Positions 8,399 to 18,029 are shown, numbered from the stretch's first letter. The stretch: DNA of 63,668 nucleotides from a virus (IMGVR_UViG_3300049432_000050:1-63668), one strand, 5' to 3'. Numbers and translations: made by a program. Notes: a model not told the origin generated them from the letters alone.

Positions 8399-9120
8399 CT
8401 GCCTTGAGCATCGAGCGGCCGGTCGCGCTGGTCGTCGAGCAGGACGACAAAGTCCGGGTCATGCTCGGTGACAACCTGACCGCGGACGGCTTGGAGGTCA
8501 TCACCGCGGGCGACGCTGGCGAGGGCTTGCGGCTCGCTGGCCGGCACGCGCCGGATGTCGCGGTCGTCGGCGTGAACGGCGGGTCGGGCCGGGACTTCGC
8601 GAAGGTCGTGCGTGCCGGCGAATCCGGCGTTGACCGCCGCTTGCCGATGGTGCTCCTCGGCGGCGATCAACGCGAGCTCGACACGCTCCGCGCGTTCCAG
8701 GCCGGGGCGGACGACTACATGGCGCGGGAGGGCTTCAGCTACCCGGTGCTGTACGCCCGTGTCCGGGCGTTGCTCAGGCGTGTCGAGCTGGATCAGCAGA
8801 CGCGGGAGCGGGTGCGGCGCGCGGGCGGCGTCACGATCGATGGTGCGACCAGGGTCGCGACGATCGAGGGTGGCCCGCCGATCAGCCTGACGAAGCACGA
8901 GTTCTCGCTGTTGTGGGCGCTCGCGGGGGATCCGTTGCGGATCTTCGCGAAGGAGGAGTTGCTGCGGATCATGGGCAACCGTGCGTCGGGGTCGTTGCGG
9001 ACCGTCGATTCGCACGCGTCCAGGTTGCGTAAGAAGTTGGGGAACCCGCCCGGCGTCGTCGTGGGGCGTTGGGGCGCGGGGTACTCGTTGCTGGCGGCCG
9101 AGAGCGCGGTGACGTTGTGA
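8395..9120 (+). CDS. OmpR/PhoB-family response regulator with degenerate receiver domain
   Basis: REC-like N-terminus (AGADDY) plus winged helix (LTKHEFSLL, RTVDSHASRLRKKL, WGAGY). Confidence 0.9.
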   Translation: MTALSIERPVALVVEQDDKVRVMLGDNLTADGLEVITAGDAGEGLRLAGRHAPDVAVVGVNGGSGRDFAKVVRAGESGVDRRLPMVLLGGDQRELDTLRAFQAGADDYMAREGFSYPVLYARVRALLRRVELDQQTRERVRRAGGVTIDGATRVATIEGGPPISLTKHEFSLLWALAGDPLRIFAKEELLRIMGNRASGSLRTVDSHASRLRKKLGNPPGVVVGRWGAGYSLLAAESAVTL

Positions 9121-9308
9121 GCGCGCCGCTCGTCACTCCGCTGCAGATTTGGGCCATAGCAGCGTGCTTTCCCCTCAAGGCCGTCTACATCTCGCAGGTC
9201 GCCCCGTTCGACAAGTTACCTGTCCCGAAGGGCACGGTATGGGTCGGCGCTGAGAACGAGCCAGCTGGGGTCGTCCTTCTGCCCGATGGTTCGGAGGATC
9301 AGTCGTGA
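9117..9308 (+). CDS. Hypothetical protein
   Basis: GTGA-coupled ORF. Confidence 0.5.
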   Translation: MSAPLVTPLQIWAIAACFPLKAVYISQVAPFDKLPVPKGTVWVGAENEPAGVVLLPDGSEDQS

Positions 9309-9520
9309 GCGGTCTGCTTGCCGAGTTGGAGGACGCGTACGCGCTCGCCGTGAAGCTGCGCAACGCGCTCGGGAACATCGCCAGCGCCGCAGGGGAATCG
9401 CTGAACGTGGAGCACGCGGCCAGCGGCGGCGACGACAGGCTGAACGACATCGCCGACCTCGCGGATGACCTTACGAGCCAGATCAGTAATCAGTGCACAG
9501 CGCTGAGAGGGAGCATGTGA
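9305..9520 (+). CDS. Hypothetical helical protein
   Basis: GGAGG RBS. Confidence 0.65.
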   Translation: MSGLLAELEDAYALAVKLRNALGNIASAAGESLNVEHAASGGDDRLNDIADLADDLTSQISNQCTALRGSM

Positions 9521-10620
9521 TGGCCGAGGAACCGGGCACCGAACTGCCCGCCGAGCACGAGCTTCAAGGCGAGCCGATGGCGCTCATCAAGCGCGTCCCG
9601 TTGCCTCCCGCGATCGGGCCGCACGTCCTGTCCGACGATGAGATCCGCCGGACGTGGCGGCTGTCGTCGGCGTTGGCGGCGTCGGGGATGTTCAAGGATG
9701 CGCGGCAGGCGGAGGTCGCGTTCGCGAAGGTGCTGATCGGCCAGGATCTCGGGATCAGCGCGACGCGTGCGCTGGCGGGCATCGACATCGTGAAGGGCAA
9801 CGTACAGTTGCGTGGCGTGCTGCTCCTCGCGTTCGTCCGCGAATCCAAGACGTACGACTACAAGATCATCGAGCTGGACGGCGAGACGGAGATCCCGGAC
9901 GTCAAGACGGACGCCGAGCGCGAGGCGAAGCAGCGCGCGACGCTGCGGTTCTTTCAGATCCAGCCGGACGGGTCGCGGGAAGCGCTGACGCCGGACATCA
10001 CGTTCACGATGGCGATGGCCCGCAAGCAGGGCAACGTGAAGACGGACAGTGCGTGGATGTCGGCGCGGCGGAACATGCTGTTGTGGCGGGCGGCGTCGGA
10101 TGGCGTGAAGTTCCATTGCCCCGACCTCCTCGGCGGGGTCCCTGTCTACGTCGAAGGCGAACTCGACAACGTCAGGGGCGAGATCGGGGCGGGCACTGGC
10201 ACCGGGGAGGCGCGCGGCGTGGACCTCGGCCCGGAGGTTGAGGCGGTCATCGCCCGCGCGACGGAGCTCGGGCATGCCGGCCTGTCGGATCGTGCGTCGA
10301 TCGAGACGCAGCTGGGGGATCAGCCGCCGTGGAAGTTTCAGGAGTGGGTGCGCGCCGCGAAGCTCGAGCTTGACGGGGTGCCGCGGGACGCTGAGGTCGT
10401 CGAACCGATAGACGCCGCGGATGTGGAGGCGCCGGCGGCGGACGACGCGGAGGTGATCGAGGCGTTGCGTGCCCGCGCCCTGGATCTCCTCGCTGACGCC
10501 GACGGGTTCGATCAGGAGGACGACCCCGACAAGGCCGCGATGGCGCGTGAGGAGGCGGAGCAGATCATGGCTCGCGTCGATCGTGCGGACACCGGTCAGA
10601 CGACGCTCGGGGGGCTGTGA
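9520..10620 (+). CDS. RecT-like single-strand annealing protein
   Basis: LAASGMF...GQDLGI...IDIVKG...RNMLLWRA...CPDLLGG; paired with an exonuclease. Confidence 0.75.
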   Translation: MAEEPGTELPAEHELQGEPMALIKRVPLPPAIGPHVLSDDEIRRTWRLSSALAASGMFKDARQAEVAFAKVLIGQDLGISATRALAGIDIVKGNVQLRGVLLLAFVRESKTYDYKIIELDGETEIPDVKTDAEREAKQRATLRFFQIQPDGSREALTPDITFTMAMARKQGNVKTDSAWMSARRNMLLWRAASDGVKFHCPDLLGGVPVYVEGELDNVRGEIGAGTGTGEARGVDLGPEVEAVIARATELGHAGLSDRASIETQLGDQPPWKFQEWVRAAKLELDGVPRDAEVVEPIDAADVEAPAADDAEVIEALRARALDLLADADGFDQEDDPDKAAMAREEAEQIMARVDRADTGQTTLGGL

Positions 10621-11693
10621 TGACGGTTCGTGAGCGTCCGACGACGTACCGCCAATCGACGTTGCGCAGTTTCGAAACGTGCGCCAGGCGCGCGATTCAC
10701 GGTCTCGCGCTGGACGATGATCTGTCGGCGGGGAACGTTGGTGCTTCGGCGGCTCTCGGCGCAGCGTTCCACGCTGTGGCCGCTGAGATTCTGCGGACGT
10801 TGCGCCGCACGGGTGAGCAGCAGATGCCGACGCAGGAAGGAATTGAGATTCTTTATGAGGTCATGGCCCGCGGCGATTGGGTGCTCGGCGCCGACGAGCG
10901 TGATGACCTGCGCGCGTTCGTGTTGACGTTCTGCTCGTACTACAAGTGGCCGCGGCCCCCGATGGCGCTCGAGCGGCAGATCGCGACGGACATCGTGTGC
11001 CCTGACGGCGTGACGCGGACGCTGACGGGGACGCCGGATGCGCTCGTCGCGGATCCCCCGGACGGCGTTATTGCGATTGACTATAAGACGGGTCGTGGTG
11101 AGCGCAGGTCGCCGCGGAAGATGCCGGCGGGGGACGATCCGATCGTTGGCCGCGAGTATCTGTCTGTCGGCGGCACGTTCCAGCTGGACGTGTATGGCCT
11201 GCTCGTGCTGCGCGAGTATCCGGCGGCGCAGCGTGTGACGCTCAGGGAGGCGTGGTTGCGGTTCGGTGAGCGTTGCGAGGCGACGCTTGGCCGTGACGAG
11301 CTTGAGCATGTCGAGCGGGAGATCGCCGTGCAGATGATGCTCTTGGACCGCGCGATCGACGAGGGGCCCGATGGGAAGCTCGCGAAGCCGCGGCCGGGCC
11401 GTCAGTGCTTGCGGGCGTGCCCGGTGAAGCGGTCCTGCCCGATCCCCGCGGAGCAGCGCGGCGTTGGCGCTCTCGCGGACTCCGCGGACGCGGACGCTGA
11501 GGCGGCGCGGTTCGTTGTTGTCGATGCGCTGCGGCAGGAGCAGCGGGACGCGTTGAAAGCGGTGTACGAGGAGACGGGCCGGCCGCCCGAGGTTGGGGAT
11601 GGCCGCGGGTTGTTCTGGCGCGACAAGGCGGCGGGCGGCCGGGATTTCGGCGTTTGGCCGCTCTCGGATCACAACGGAGGGGAGCAGGCATGA
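10617..11693 (+). CDS. PD-(D/E)XK exonuclease, Cas4/RecB-like
   Basis: LTGTPD, IDYKTG, FQLDVY, N-terminal Cys plus C-terminal CLRACPVKRSC cluster. Confidence 0.85.
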   Translation: MMTVRERPTTYRQSTLRSFETCARRAIHGLALDDDLSAGNVGASAALGAAFHAVAAEILRTLRRTGEQQMPTQEGIEILYEVMARGDWVLGADERDDLRAFVLTFCSYYKWPRPPMALERQIATDIVCPDGVTRTLTGTPDALVADPPDGVIAIDYKTGRGERRSPRKMPAGDDPIVGREYLSVGGTFQLDVYGLLVLREYPAAQRVTLREAWLRFGERCEATLGRDELEHVEREIAVQMMLLDRAIDEGPDGKLAKPRPGRQCLRACPVKRSCPIPAEQRGVGALADSADADAEAARFVVVDALRQEQRDALKAVYEETGRPPEVGDGRGLFWRDKAAGGRDFGVWPLSDHNGGEQA

Positions 11694-12055
11694 GCAGGTT
11701 GAGCGATTACGAGTTCGATCGGATGCTCGACGAGCACCAGGAGCGCGAGCGCGAGGACGCGGTGGGACGTGCCGTGATCGGAGACATCGAGGCGCGGCGT
11801 CCTGATGCCGAGCGGCGGGAGATCACGTTCGCGGAGTTGTGCTGCGGTGACTACATGACCAACGAGGACGGTCCGGCGGCGCGTTGGGTCAAGGTCGAGA
11901 AGATCGATGGCACTCCGGCGACAACCGCTGAGGCGACGGTGACGTTCGTCACGCCGCAGCCTCTCGGCGTGGCGCTGGAGGACCACTGGATTATCCGCCG
12001 GACGTGGGATACGCCCGTCACGATCGACGCGGCGGTCAGGAGCGAACAGGCATGA
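11690..12055 (+). CDS. Hypothetical protein
   Basis: GGAG RBS; coupled. Confidence 0.65.
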   Translation: MSRLSDYEFDRMLDEHQEREREDAVGRAVIGDIEARRPDAERREITFAELCCGDYMTNEDGPAARWVKVEKIDGTPATTAEATVTFVTPQPLGVALEDHWIIRRTWDTPVTIDAAVRSEQA

Positions 12056-12237
12056 GGACTCGCACGCTGGAAGACGTCATGGCGCTACGCCGATCCATTC
12101 GGATGCGAGCGCAGATCGGCCGCTCGTTGCACACGATGGCGTCGGGAATGGGCGGACTCGCGCTCGCCTTCGACCGACTTGGGGACGTGTCGCGACGCTT
12201 TATCGCCGCGCTGGACGACCGAAAGAAGCGGACATGA
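12052..12237 (+). CDS. Hypothetical protein
   Basis: Coupled ORF. Confidence 0.55.
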   Translation: MRTRTLEDVMALRRSIRMRAQIGRSLHTMASGMGGLALAFDRLGDVSRRFIAALDDRKKRT

Positions 12238-12683
12238 GCGCGATCACGTTCAAGCATGGGCCGGTGACGATCACGGTCGACGGGCTCCCCGAGTCGGTGT
12301 CGGAGGAGGCGGTCAAGCTCGAGCTCGCGTTGCACAGTCTCCCGTATGACGATCCGCACGCGGCGTTCGCTGCGAACTTCGCGGCGTTCGGAGGCACGAG
12401 CACCTTTCCGCAGGTTGACGCGCGGCGGGAGTTCTCGTGCAAGTCGGCGGTGCTCGGTGTCGACGAGTTTGGGGAGGGCACCGAACTGCGCAGCGAGGTC
12501 ACGCTGTACCCGCCAGCGAACGACATGCGGGCGCCGCGGCAGTCGGATGCGATTGCGGCAGCGCTGGAGGAGGAGCGGCGTGACACGCAGGGTGGTCTTC
12601 CTGTCGCACCGGAGTGCGCCGGGGCGTGCGTGTGCGATCCGGCGTGCGACGCGTTCGCGCCATGCGAACGGCTGGGCTCGTGA
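12234..12683 (+). CDS. Hypothetical protein
   Basis: Coupled ORF, Cys-rich end. Confidence 0.6.
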   Translation: MSAITFKHGPVTITVDGLPESVSEEAVKLELALHSLPYDDPHAAFAANFAAFGGTSTFPQVDARREFSCKSAVLGVDEFGEGTELRSEVTLYPPANDMRAPRQSDAIAAALEEERRDTQGGLPVAPECAGACVCDPACDAFAPCERLGS

Positions 12684-13033
12684 GCCCGAAGCGCAAGCGT
12701 GTATCGCTGACGCAGCGGTACACCAGCACGAACCGGGCATTCTGGAGCGTCGGCCGCGAACTCGGGATGCGCCCCGCCGCCATCCGCGTGCTCGTCGCCG
12801 TCGCTGACCGTGGAGGCCGCGCGACCACGACGGAGCTCAACGCAGACGTCGACCTTCAGCAGTCCGACGTCGCCCGGATGCTGCGCGAGCTGTACGCGGC
12901 GGGGCTCGCTACCGGCGTCGCGGTCGACGGTGGCCGGCGGCGTGGTGGCGTGACGACGCGGGTGTCGTTGACGGGTGAGGGCCGCGAGCTCGTGGACCGT
13001 GTCACAGCGCTGGTGAACGGGGCGGGCAAATGA
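12680..13033 (+). CDS. MarR-like winged-helix protein
   Basis: RVLVAVA...TTTEL...QSDVARMLREL..AGL...VSLTGEGR. Confidence 0.75.
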   Translation: MSPKRKRVSLTQRYTSTNRAFWSVGRELGMRPAAIRVLVAVADRGGRATTTELNADVDLQQSDVARMLRELYAAGLATGVAVDGGRRRGGVTTRVSLTGEGRELVDRVTALVNGAGK

Positions 13034-13431
13034 GCGCGGCGGCGCGGCACACGACCGGCACGATGCTGCTCGCTCGCACGATGTACGGCACCGGTGATGC
13101 TTGGACGCCGACGGAGATCGTTAGGTATCTCGCGGAGCAGGGCGTTGTCGTGGATCGGGTCACGGTCCTGCGGTGGGTGGATCCTGGGTTCGCGGAGCGA
13201 CGACGCCGGGAGCAGCGTGATGCCGCGAAGCGCAGGCGCGCGAGGGTCGCTGCGGTGCCGGTGTTGGACAGGATGCGCGAGCTGCGGTCGGCGGGCCTGT
13301 CGTTCTCGGGGATCGCGATCGTCGTGCTACTGGACTGGGGTATCGACTTGAGCGCGGATCAGGTGCGGTACTACATGCGCACGGGCCGTGAGCCCCGCAT
13401 CCCGAAACGCAAGGCGGCGGCGAATGCCTGA
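13030..13431 (+). CDS. Protein with two HTH-like segments
   Basis: WTPTEIVRYL...TVLRWV and ELRSAGLSFSGIA. Confidence 0.6.
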   Translation: MSAAARHTTGTMLLARTMYGTGDAWTPTEIVRYLAEQGVVVDRVTVLRWVDPGFAERRRREQRDAAKRRRARVAAVPVLDRMRELRSAGLSFSGIAIVVLLDWGIDLSADQVRYYMRTGREPRIPKRKAAANA

Positions 13432-13798
13432 GTGCTTCTTTCGCGGCTGGCCGGGCGCTGGTCCGTGCGACGGTGCGCTGATCCGCGCACACCTGATCCC
13501 GCGGCAGAAGATCAAGCAGGCCGTTCGGGGCAATCACTACTTCCCCGAGTCGCACAAGGTCAGCGCGGTCGAGCAGCAGCAACGCGCGATCAGGGATTGG
13601 CTGGACGATCCGCGGTCGTGGGTGCCGTGCTGCGGTGGGCCGATGGGCTTGTCGGGACATCACGGGATGCTCGATGTGTCGCGGAAGCTGCGGATCTCCC
13701 GTGACGTTCTTCCCGCGGCAGTCGAGGAGTTCGCCGCAGAGCTGGGCTTGATGTGGTGGCTGGACAGGACGTATCCGAAGATCAATCGAGAGGGGTAG
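13424..13798 (+). CDS. Possible His-Me finger (HNH-like) nuclease
   Basis: C...C...RAHLIP...DDPRSWVPCC...HH..LD. Confidence 0.45.
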   Translation: MPECFFRGWPGAGPCDGALIRAHLIPRQKIKQAVRGNHYFPESHKVSAVEQQQRAIRDWLDDPRSWVPCCGGPMGLSGHHGMLDVSRKLRISRDVLPAAVEEFAAELGLMWWLDRTYPKINREG

Positions 13799-13800
13799 CG

Positions 13801-14232
13801 ATGAGCATCACGCAGACGCAGGGGAACCAGGATGGGGCCGTGCCCGACGCGCCCGAGGATCCGCCGGAGGCCGCGACGACGCGGAAGACGACGTTCCGGG
13901 TGTACGCGGATTTCAAGGTTCGCGACAAGATCGAGCGGTGGGCTGCCGCCAGCGATGTCGCGGGGGCTCAGCAGTTGCTTCGCTCGTTCCCGGTGGACGC
14001 GGTCGATGATGACCTGATGTACCTCGGGACGTACGACGCGACGCATCGCGACAACGCCGCGGAGCAGATGATGGCCGACAAGGAGCCGTCGGACAGGGTG
14101 CGGCTCGTGCAGCTCACGTACGCGGCGCACATCGACATGTGGTTCCCGGTGTTGAGTGTGGCGTCGGGGTACGTGAAGGATGTCCCCGCGGTCTGGGAGA
14201 TCAATCCCGTCAGCCGCATCGGCGGGCGATAG
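13801..14232 (+). CDS. Hypothetical protein
   Basis: GAGG RBS; 143 aa. Confidence 0.65.
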   Translation: MSITQTQGNQDGAVPDAPEDPPEAATTRKTTFRVYADFKVRDKIERWAAASDVAGAQQLLRSFPVDAVDDDLMYLGTYDATHRDNAAEQMMADKEPSDRVRLVQLTYAAHIDMWFPVLSVASGYVKDVPAVWEINPVSRIGGR

Positions 14233-14236
14233 AGCC

Positions 14237-14551
14237 ATGCCCGCTACGGAAGAGAAGATCGATCCGCGGTCGCTTGTGCGGGTCCTGATGCGCGGCGACC
14301 GCGCGACGGGCCGTCACGGGAAGGATGGGCCGCTTGCGACGCTGACCGTCGCGCGGTTGCATGACCTGTCGGACCGGGAGGCGTTGGAGCTCGTGCCGTA
14401 CGCGTATGGCTTCGCGGTCGCGTTGAATAACGAGCCGCTGGATTTCACGGATGCCTTGTGCGAGGAGCATGCGGAGATTGTGTTGGCGGGGTGGCAGGAT
14501 GGGGCGCGGGAGGACCCGGACCGGACCATGCCCGCGGCGGTGAACCCATGA
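14237..14551 (+). CDS. Hypothetical protein
   Basis: Operon-consistent ORF. Confidence 0.6.
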   Translation: MPATEEKIDPRSLVRVLMRGDRATGRHGKDGPLATLTVARLHDLSDREALELVPYAYGFAVALNNEPLDFTDALCEEHAEIVLAGWQDGAREDPDRTMPAAVNP

Positions 14552-14751
14552 GCGGTCTCGTGAACAGCGAAGGCTTCAAGTTCGGCGCTGCCTACCGGGC
14601 ACTGAAGCACGCCGCCGAGTCGCGCGGTCTGATCGTTTCGCCACCGTACGCCGACGCGAAGGCGCGCGAGGCGTTCACTAACGGCTACGAGTCGGCGCTG
14701 AGCGACGTCGCCCTCGGCCGCCTGCCCGTGCCATCGCCGGAGACCCCATGA
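14548..14751 (+). CDS. Hypothetical protein
   Basis: Coupled ORF. Confidence 0.6.
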   Translation: MSGLVNSEGFKFGAAYRALKHAAESRGLIVSPPYADAKAREAFTNGYESALSDVALGRLPVPSPETP

Positions 14752-14981
14752 GCGCCGAGGCGAAGTGGAGCGACCTGTCCAAGCGCGAGAAGCTGGACCT
14801 GATGTGCGCGATGGTTAGCCCGGCCGTGAAGGCCCGCGTCAAGCATTTCTTTCGCGGGCGGGCGATGACCGATCCACAGTACGTGATGAACGTCGTCCTG
14901 CGGGAGTCGTGGCGCGAGCAGCACGGCGACACGGCGGAGTGGGATCGTGTCGCGGCAGCGGCCGGGACCGTGATTCGATGA
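14748..14981 (+). CDS. Hypothetical protein
   Basis: GGAG RBS; coupled. Confidence 0.6.
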   Translation: MSAEAKWSDLSKREKLDLMCAMVSPAVKARVKHFFRGRAMTDPQYVMNVVLRESWREQHGDTAEWDRVAAAAGTVIR

Positions 14982-15460
14982 CCGGCTCGGCCTGCCTGCT
15001 CGCCCTGCTGGCCGCGCTGATGGTGCCCGCGATGGCTGGCGCGTTCCCCGTCACGCAGGATCTTACGGTCGCACGAGCCGTGCTGCCCGCGGGGCACCCG
15101 TGCAAGACGACGGTCGCGATCCAGCCGCGCCCGGATCTGCCGGGGCTCGCCGCGGCACCGATTGGTGTCTTGACCGCGCAAGGCTGGATGCAGCGCCTTG
15201 CGGACGGCCGCCTCGAGCCCTTGGACTGCGTCGTCCGCGTGAACCCCGCCGAGTGGGCTCGCCTGACGGCGTGTGGCCGGCGTCGCGCGCTCAAGCATGA
15301 GGTGATGCACATGGGCGGCCACGAGCACAGCGAGGGCGGGATCATGGCCGCGACGCCGCAGGCTCGTGCCCGGGTCGCGGTGCCGGGTTGCCCGGTCGCG
15401 CGGCGGCATCGTGCGCGGCGGTTGCGTGGCCCGATGTTCGACAGTTGGGGGCAACGATGA
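14978..15460 (+). CDS. Secreted metzincin-type zinc metallopeptidase
   Basis: Signal peptide; HEVMHMGGHEH (HExxHxxGxxH) followed by a GIM Met-turn. Confidence 0.75.
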   Translation: MTGSACLLALLAALMVPAMAGAFPVTQDLTVARAVLPAGHPCKTTVAIQPRPDLPGLAAAPIGVLTAQGWMQRLADGRLEPLDCVVRVNPAEWARLTACGRRRALKHEVMHMGGHEHSEGGIMAATPQARARVAVPGCPVARRHRARRLRGPMFDSWGQR

Positions 15461-15843
15461 CCACCGCGGCGGACCTGGTCGTCTGCGACCTCACGCTGAC
15501 CGGCGAACCCGTCGTGAAGGGTCGCCCGCGCATGGGTCGCGGAAGGACGTACACCCCAGCGGCGACGGTCGCGGCGGAGGAAGCGATCCGCTGGCAGCTG
15601 CGCGCCGCCGGCGTGCGGCCGGTCGCGGACGATCCGCTGGAGGTGCTGCTGCGGTTCCGCTGCTCCGGCCACCGCCGCCGCGATATCGACAATCTCTGCA
15701 AGCTGGCTCTCGATGCCTGTAACGGGTTCGCATGGGTGGACGATTCGCAGGTCGTGCATCTCGACGTGTGGCTGGAGCGCCAGTCGACGAGGCCGGGGAC
15801 GGATCTGCGCATCACGCGCTACGTCGAGGGGACACTGCGATGA
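15457..15843 (+). CDS. rusA: RusA-family Holliday junction resolvase
   Basis: GEPVVKGRPR, RDIDNLCKLALD, WVDDSQV. Confidence 0.92.
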   Translation: MTTAADLVVCDLTLTGEPVVKGRPRMGRGRTYTPAATVAAEEAIRWQLRAAGVRPVADDPLEVLLRFRCSGHRRRDIDNLCKLALDACNGFAWVDDSQVVHLDVWLERQSTRPGTDLRITRYVEGTLR

Positions 15844-16067
15844 CCGGCGAGGAGCTGTACGCGCAGTGGCGCACGTACATGGGCGGGGGCGACGAGGCGT
15901 GGTCGACGCTCCAGTCCGAAGTGCGGGCATCATGGGATCTCCTCGCCGCTTGGGTCACGAAGGAGCGCCAGGCGTGCGCGGCGGATGCGCTGCGAGCACT
16001 TGCCGATGCCATGCAGGACGCCTGGGAGCGAAGGGAGCAACGGCGATGTCACCCGTCCACGACATGA
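15840..16067 (+). CDS. Hypothetical protein
   Basis: Coupled ORF. Confidence 0.6.
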   Translation: MTGEELYAQWRTYMGGGDEAWSTLQSEVRASWDLLAAWVTKERQACAADALRALADAMQDAWERREQRRCHPSTT

Positions 16068-16582
16068 CGAAGGCAGCGCGCAGCATCGTCGGCAAGCCCG
16101 CGACCGGAACGGCGGCGACGTGCGCCGAGTGCGGGTATGGGACGGTCAGCCTCGGCGGGGACGTGCCGCTGGTCGTCCATTCCGCGCGGTGCCCGCGGGT
16201 GCTCGCCGGTCAGCGCGACGGCTTGCCTTTGCCGCCCTTCGTTGCGTGTCGGCTGACGTCGTGTAAGCGGGTGCTCGATCCGGCGCGCGTGGCGAACGGC
16301 GCTACGGCGTGCAACGAGCGCCACAAGACCGCGGCGTGGAAGATCGAACGCCGGTACGGCCGCCATGACGCGCAGGGCCGGGGCGGGCGTGCGAACGGCT
16401 CACAGCGACCCGCTAAGCCAAGCGGGCTACAAGTGGCATACGGCCGCGCGTACGAGGAGCTGCATGCTCGCCTGTGGCACTTCCCGGACGGCGAGGCCTT
16501 GATCAAGGAAGCGTTGCGGGCCGCGTTGTCTGAGCGGCAGCGCGCACAACTCGAAGCGAGAGAACGGAGCAACGATGCCTGA
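16046..16582 (+). CDS. Zinc-binding hypothetical protein
   Basis: CAECG...HSARC and CRLTSC...CNERH. Confidence 0.6.
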   Translation: MSPVHDMTKAARSIVGKPATGTAATCAECGYGTVSLGGDVPLVVHSARCPRVLAGQRDGLPLPPFVACRLTSCKRVLDPARVANGATACNERHKTAAWKIERRYGRHDAQGRGGRANGSQRPAKPSGLQVAYGRAYEELHARLWHFPDGEALIKEALRAALSERQRAQLEARERSNDA

Positions 16583-16710
16583 CCCGATGTGCTGGAGGCC
16601 GGCCGGGATCTTTCGGTCGCGCGGGGAGCCGTGGGAGTCACGGGACCGATCGACGCAGGAGGACGCTCAGAAGACGCAGGACGTGATGCTCTCTCGGCGT
16701 GGAGGCGACC

Positions 16711-16917
16711 ATGCCTGACGTCTGCGCGTGCGGCCATCCCGCCGAAGCACACGGGCTAGTAGCCGGCTTCACGTGCTCACCCGACGTCACGATCGACGGG
16801 GCTACATCGGTGCCCGATGTGTGGGTGTGCGAGGGCGCTCGGCTGGTCGCCGTGACCGAGGATGCGTCCCCGTGGGATTGCGTGTGTGGCTGCGTGCTGC
16901 TCGAGGACCCGCGATGA
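16711..16917 (+). CDS. Small Cys-rich protein
   Basis: GGAGG RBS; CACGH...H...CVCGC. Confidence 0.6.
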   Translation: MPDVCACGHPAEAHGLVAGFTCSPDVTIDGATSVPDVWVCEGARLVAVTEDASPWDCVCGCVLLEDPR

Positions 16918-17129
16918 CCGCGCCGCTTGAGGCCGAGCCGCAGACGGTGCGCGTCCAGGTCGACGTGTCCGGACTCCCCGCCGTCATGGCGTTGGCACGC
17001 GCGGCACGTGACGTGATCGACCACGCCGAGCCCGGGCAGGACGGCGCGACGTGGCCGCTCGTGCGTCCCGCTGACCTCCGAGCGCTCGAGGGCGCCGTCG
17101 CACCGATCTTCCCGGGGCCGAGCGCATGA
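16914..17129 (+). CDS. Hypothetical protein
   Basis: GAGGA RBS; coupled. Confidence 0.6.
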   Translation: MTAPLEAEPQTVRVQVDVSGLPAVMALARAARDVIDHAEPGQDGATWPLVRPADLRALEGAVAPIFPGPSA

Positions 17130-17374
17130 CGGATGTCCTCTGCAGCGACGGCAAGGGCGGCGGTTGCGGCAAGCCCGTCACGGGCCCGCGGGCGAGCGCG
17201 CACGGCCCGATCGACCCCGCGAAGTTCGTGCAGAACGGCGACTTCGATCTGCTCCTCAAGCAGGCCGGCTACAAGCCGAACGAGGCGTACGGCACGGGCG
17301 GGTCATGGTCGCCTCCGTTGCTGATGCACTTGGACTGCGCGCGAGCGGCAGGCATAGAGGTGCCGGATGTCTAG
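17126..17374 (+). CDS. Small zinc-binding protein
   Basis: CSDGKGGGCGK...HLDC. Confidence 0.6.
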   Translation: MTDVLCSDGKGGGCGKPVTGPRASAHGPIDPAKFVQNGDFDLLLKQAGYKPNEAYGTGGSWSPPLLMHLDCARAAGIEVPDV

Positions 17375-17612
17375 CCGACCAGTTGGCGCGCCGGCGACGT
17401 GGGACACCGACCGGGAGCGATGTCCCGGCAAGACGTGCGAGGGACCATGCCCGCGCTCGGGCTGCTTGTGCGCGCCGTGCGCGTGCAGCGTGTGCACGAC
17501 CCGGACCGGCCGGGCGCTGCGGCAACGCACCCCGCTCCGGGCCCGCACTGACGTGGCGATCCTGGAGCGCCTGTTTGACCCGGAGCCCACACCGATCCGC
17601 GACCGCACCTGA
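17367..17612 (+). CDS. Small very Cys-rich protein
   Basis: GAGGTG RBS; CPGKTCEGPCPRSGCLCAPCACSVC. Confidence 0.55.
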   Translation: MSSRPVGAPATWDTDRERCPGKTCEGPCPRSGCLCAPCACSVCTTRTGRALRQRTPLRARTDVAILERLFDPEPTPIRDRT

Positions 17613-17763
17613 CCGCGGCGGCAACGATGATGCCCACACCACACACGAGGAACGAGGGGACCCGCATATGCCGCACACCGATCGCCGTGCCGGCGCGTAG
17701 CATCCCTGGTGCCGTATGCCACCGCCGTCGGGTCGCAAGCCCCCCGCCTCCGGCCCGACACAT

Positions 17764-17796
17764 GCGAGCGCCCGGCCCTGCCCGCCGGGCGCTCGC
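17764..17796 (+). terminator. 13-bp GC hairpin
   Basis: GCGAGCGCCCGGC / GCCGGGCGCTCGC. Confidence 0.55.
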
Positions 17797-17826
17797 AACA
17801 CTCCCAGCCACCGGTAGCCTGTGCGC

Positions 17827-18012
17827 ATGACCGTCGCCGGTGACCAAGACCTCGCACTAGCCGCGCTCGCCGGCCAGCATCCTGTTGCGTTCTTCGGGAC
17901 GCTGACGGAGCTCATCGAGCTTGCCGGGGCGGCTGCGATCGTGCATGACGACCTGCATGTCCACGGGACCGTGATCCCCGCCGCGACGGATCGCGGCGAC
18001 GACATCGGCTAG
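17827..18012 (+). CDS. Hypothetical protein (probably leaderless)
   Basis: TAGCCT 6 nt before ATG. Confidence 0.6.
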   Translation: MTVAGDQDLALAALAGQHPVAFFGTLTELIELAGAAAIVHDDLHVHGTVIPAATDRGDDIG

Positions 18013-18029
18013 GTCCGGTAGGGTGCGCG

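Noticed and set aside
10617-11693. Cas4-like nuclease suggesting a CRISPR system
   Set aside because: No repeat-spacer array or other cas genes seen; its pairing with a RecT-like gene indicates a recombination exonuclease
17627-17830. 67-aa plus-strand ORF
   Set aside because: No RBS, low-complexity product, and it runs through a strong hairpin and the next gene's promoter
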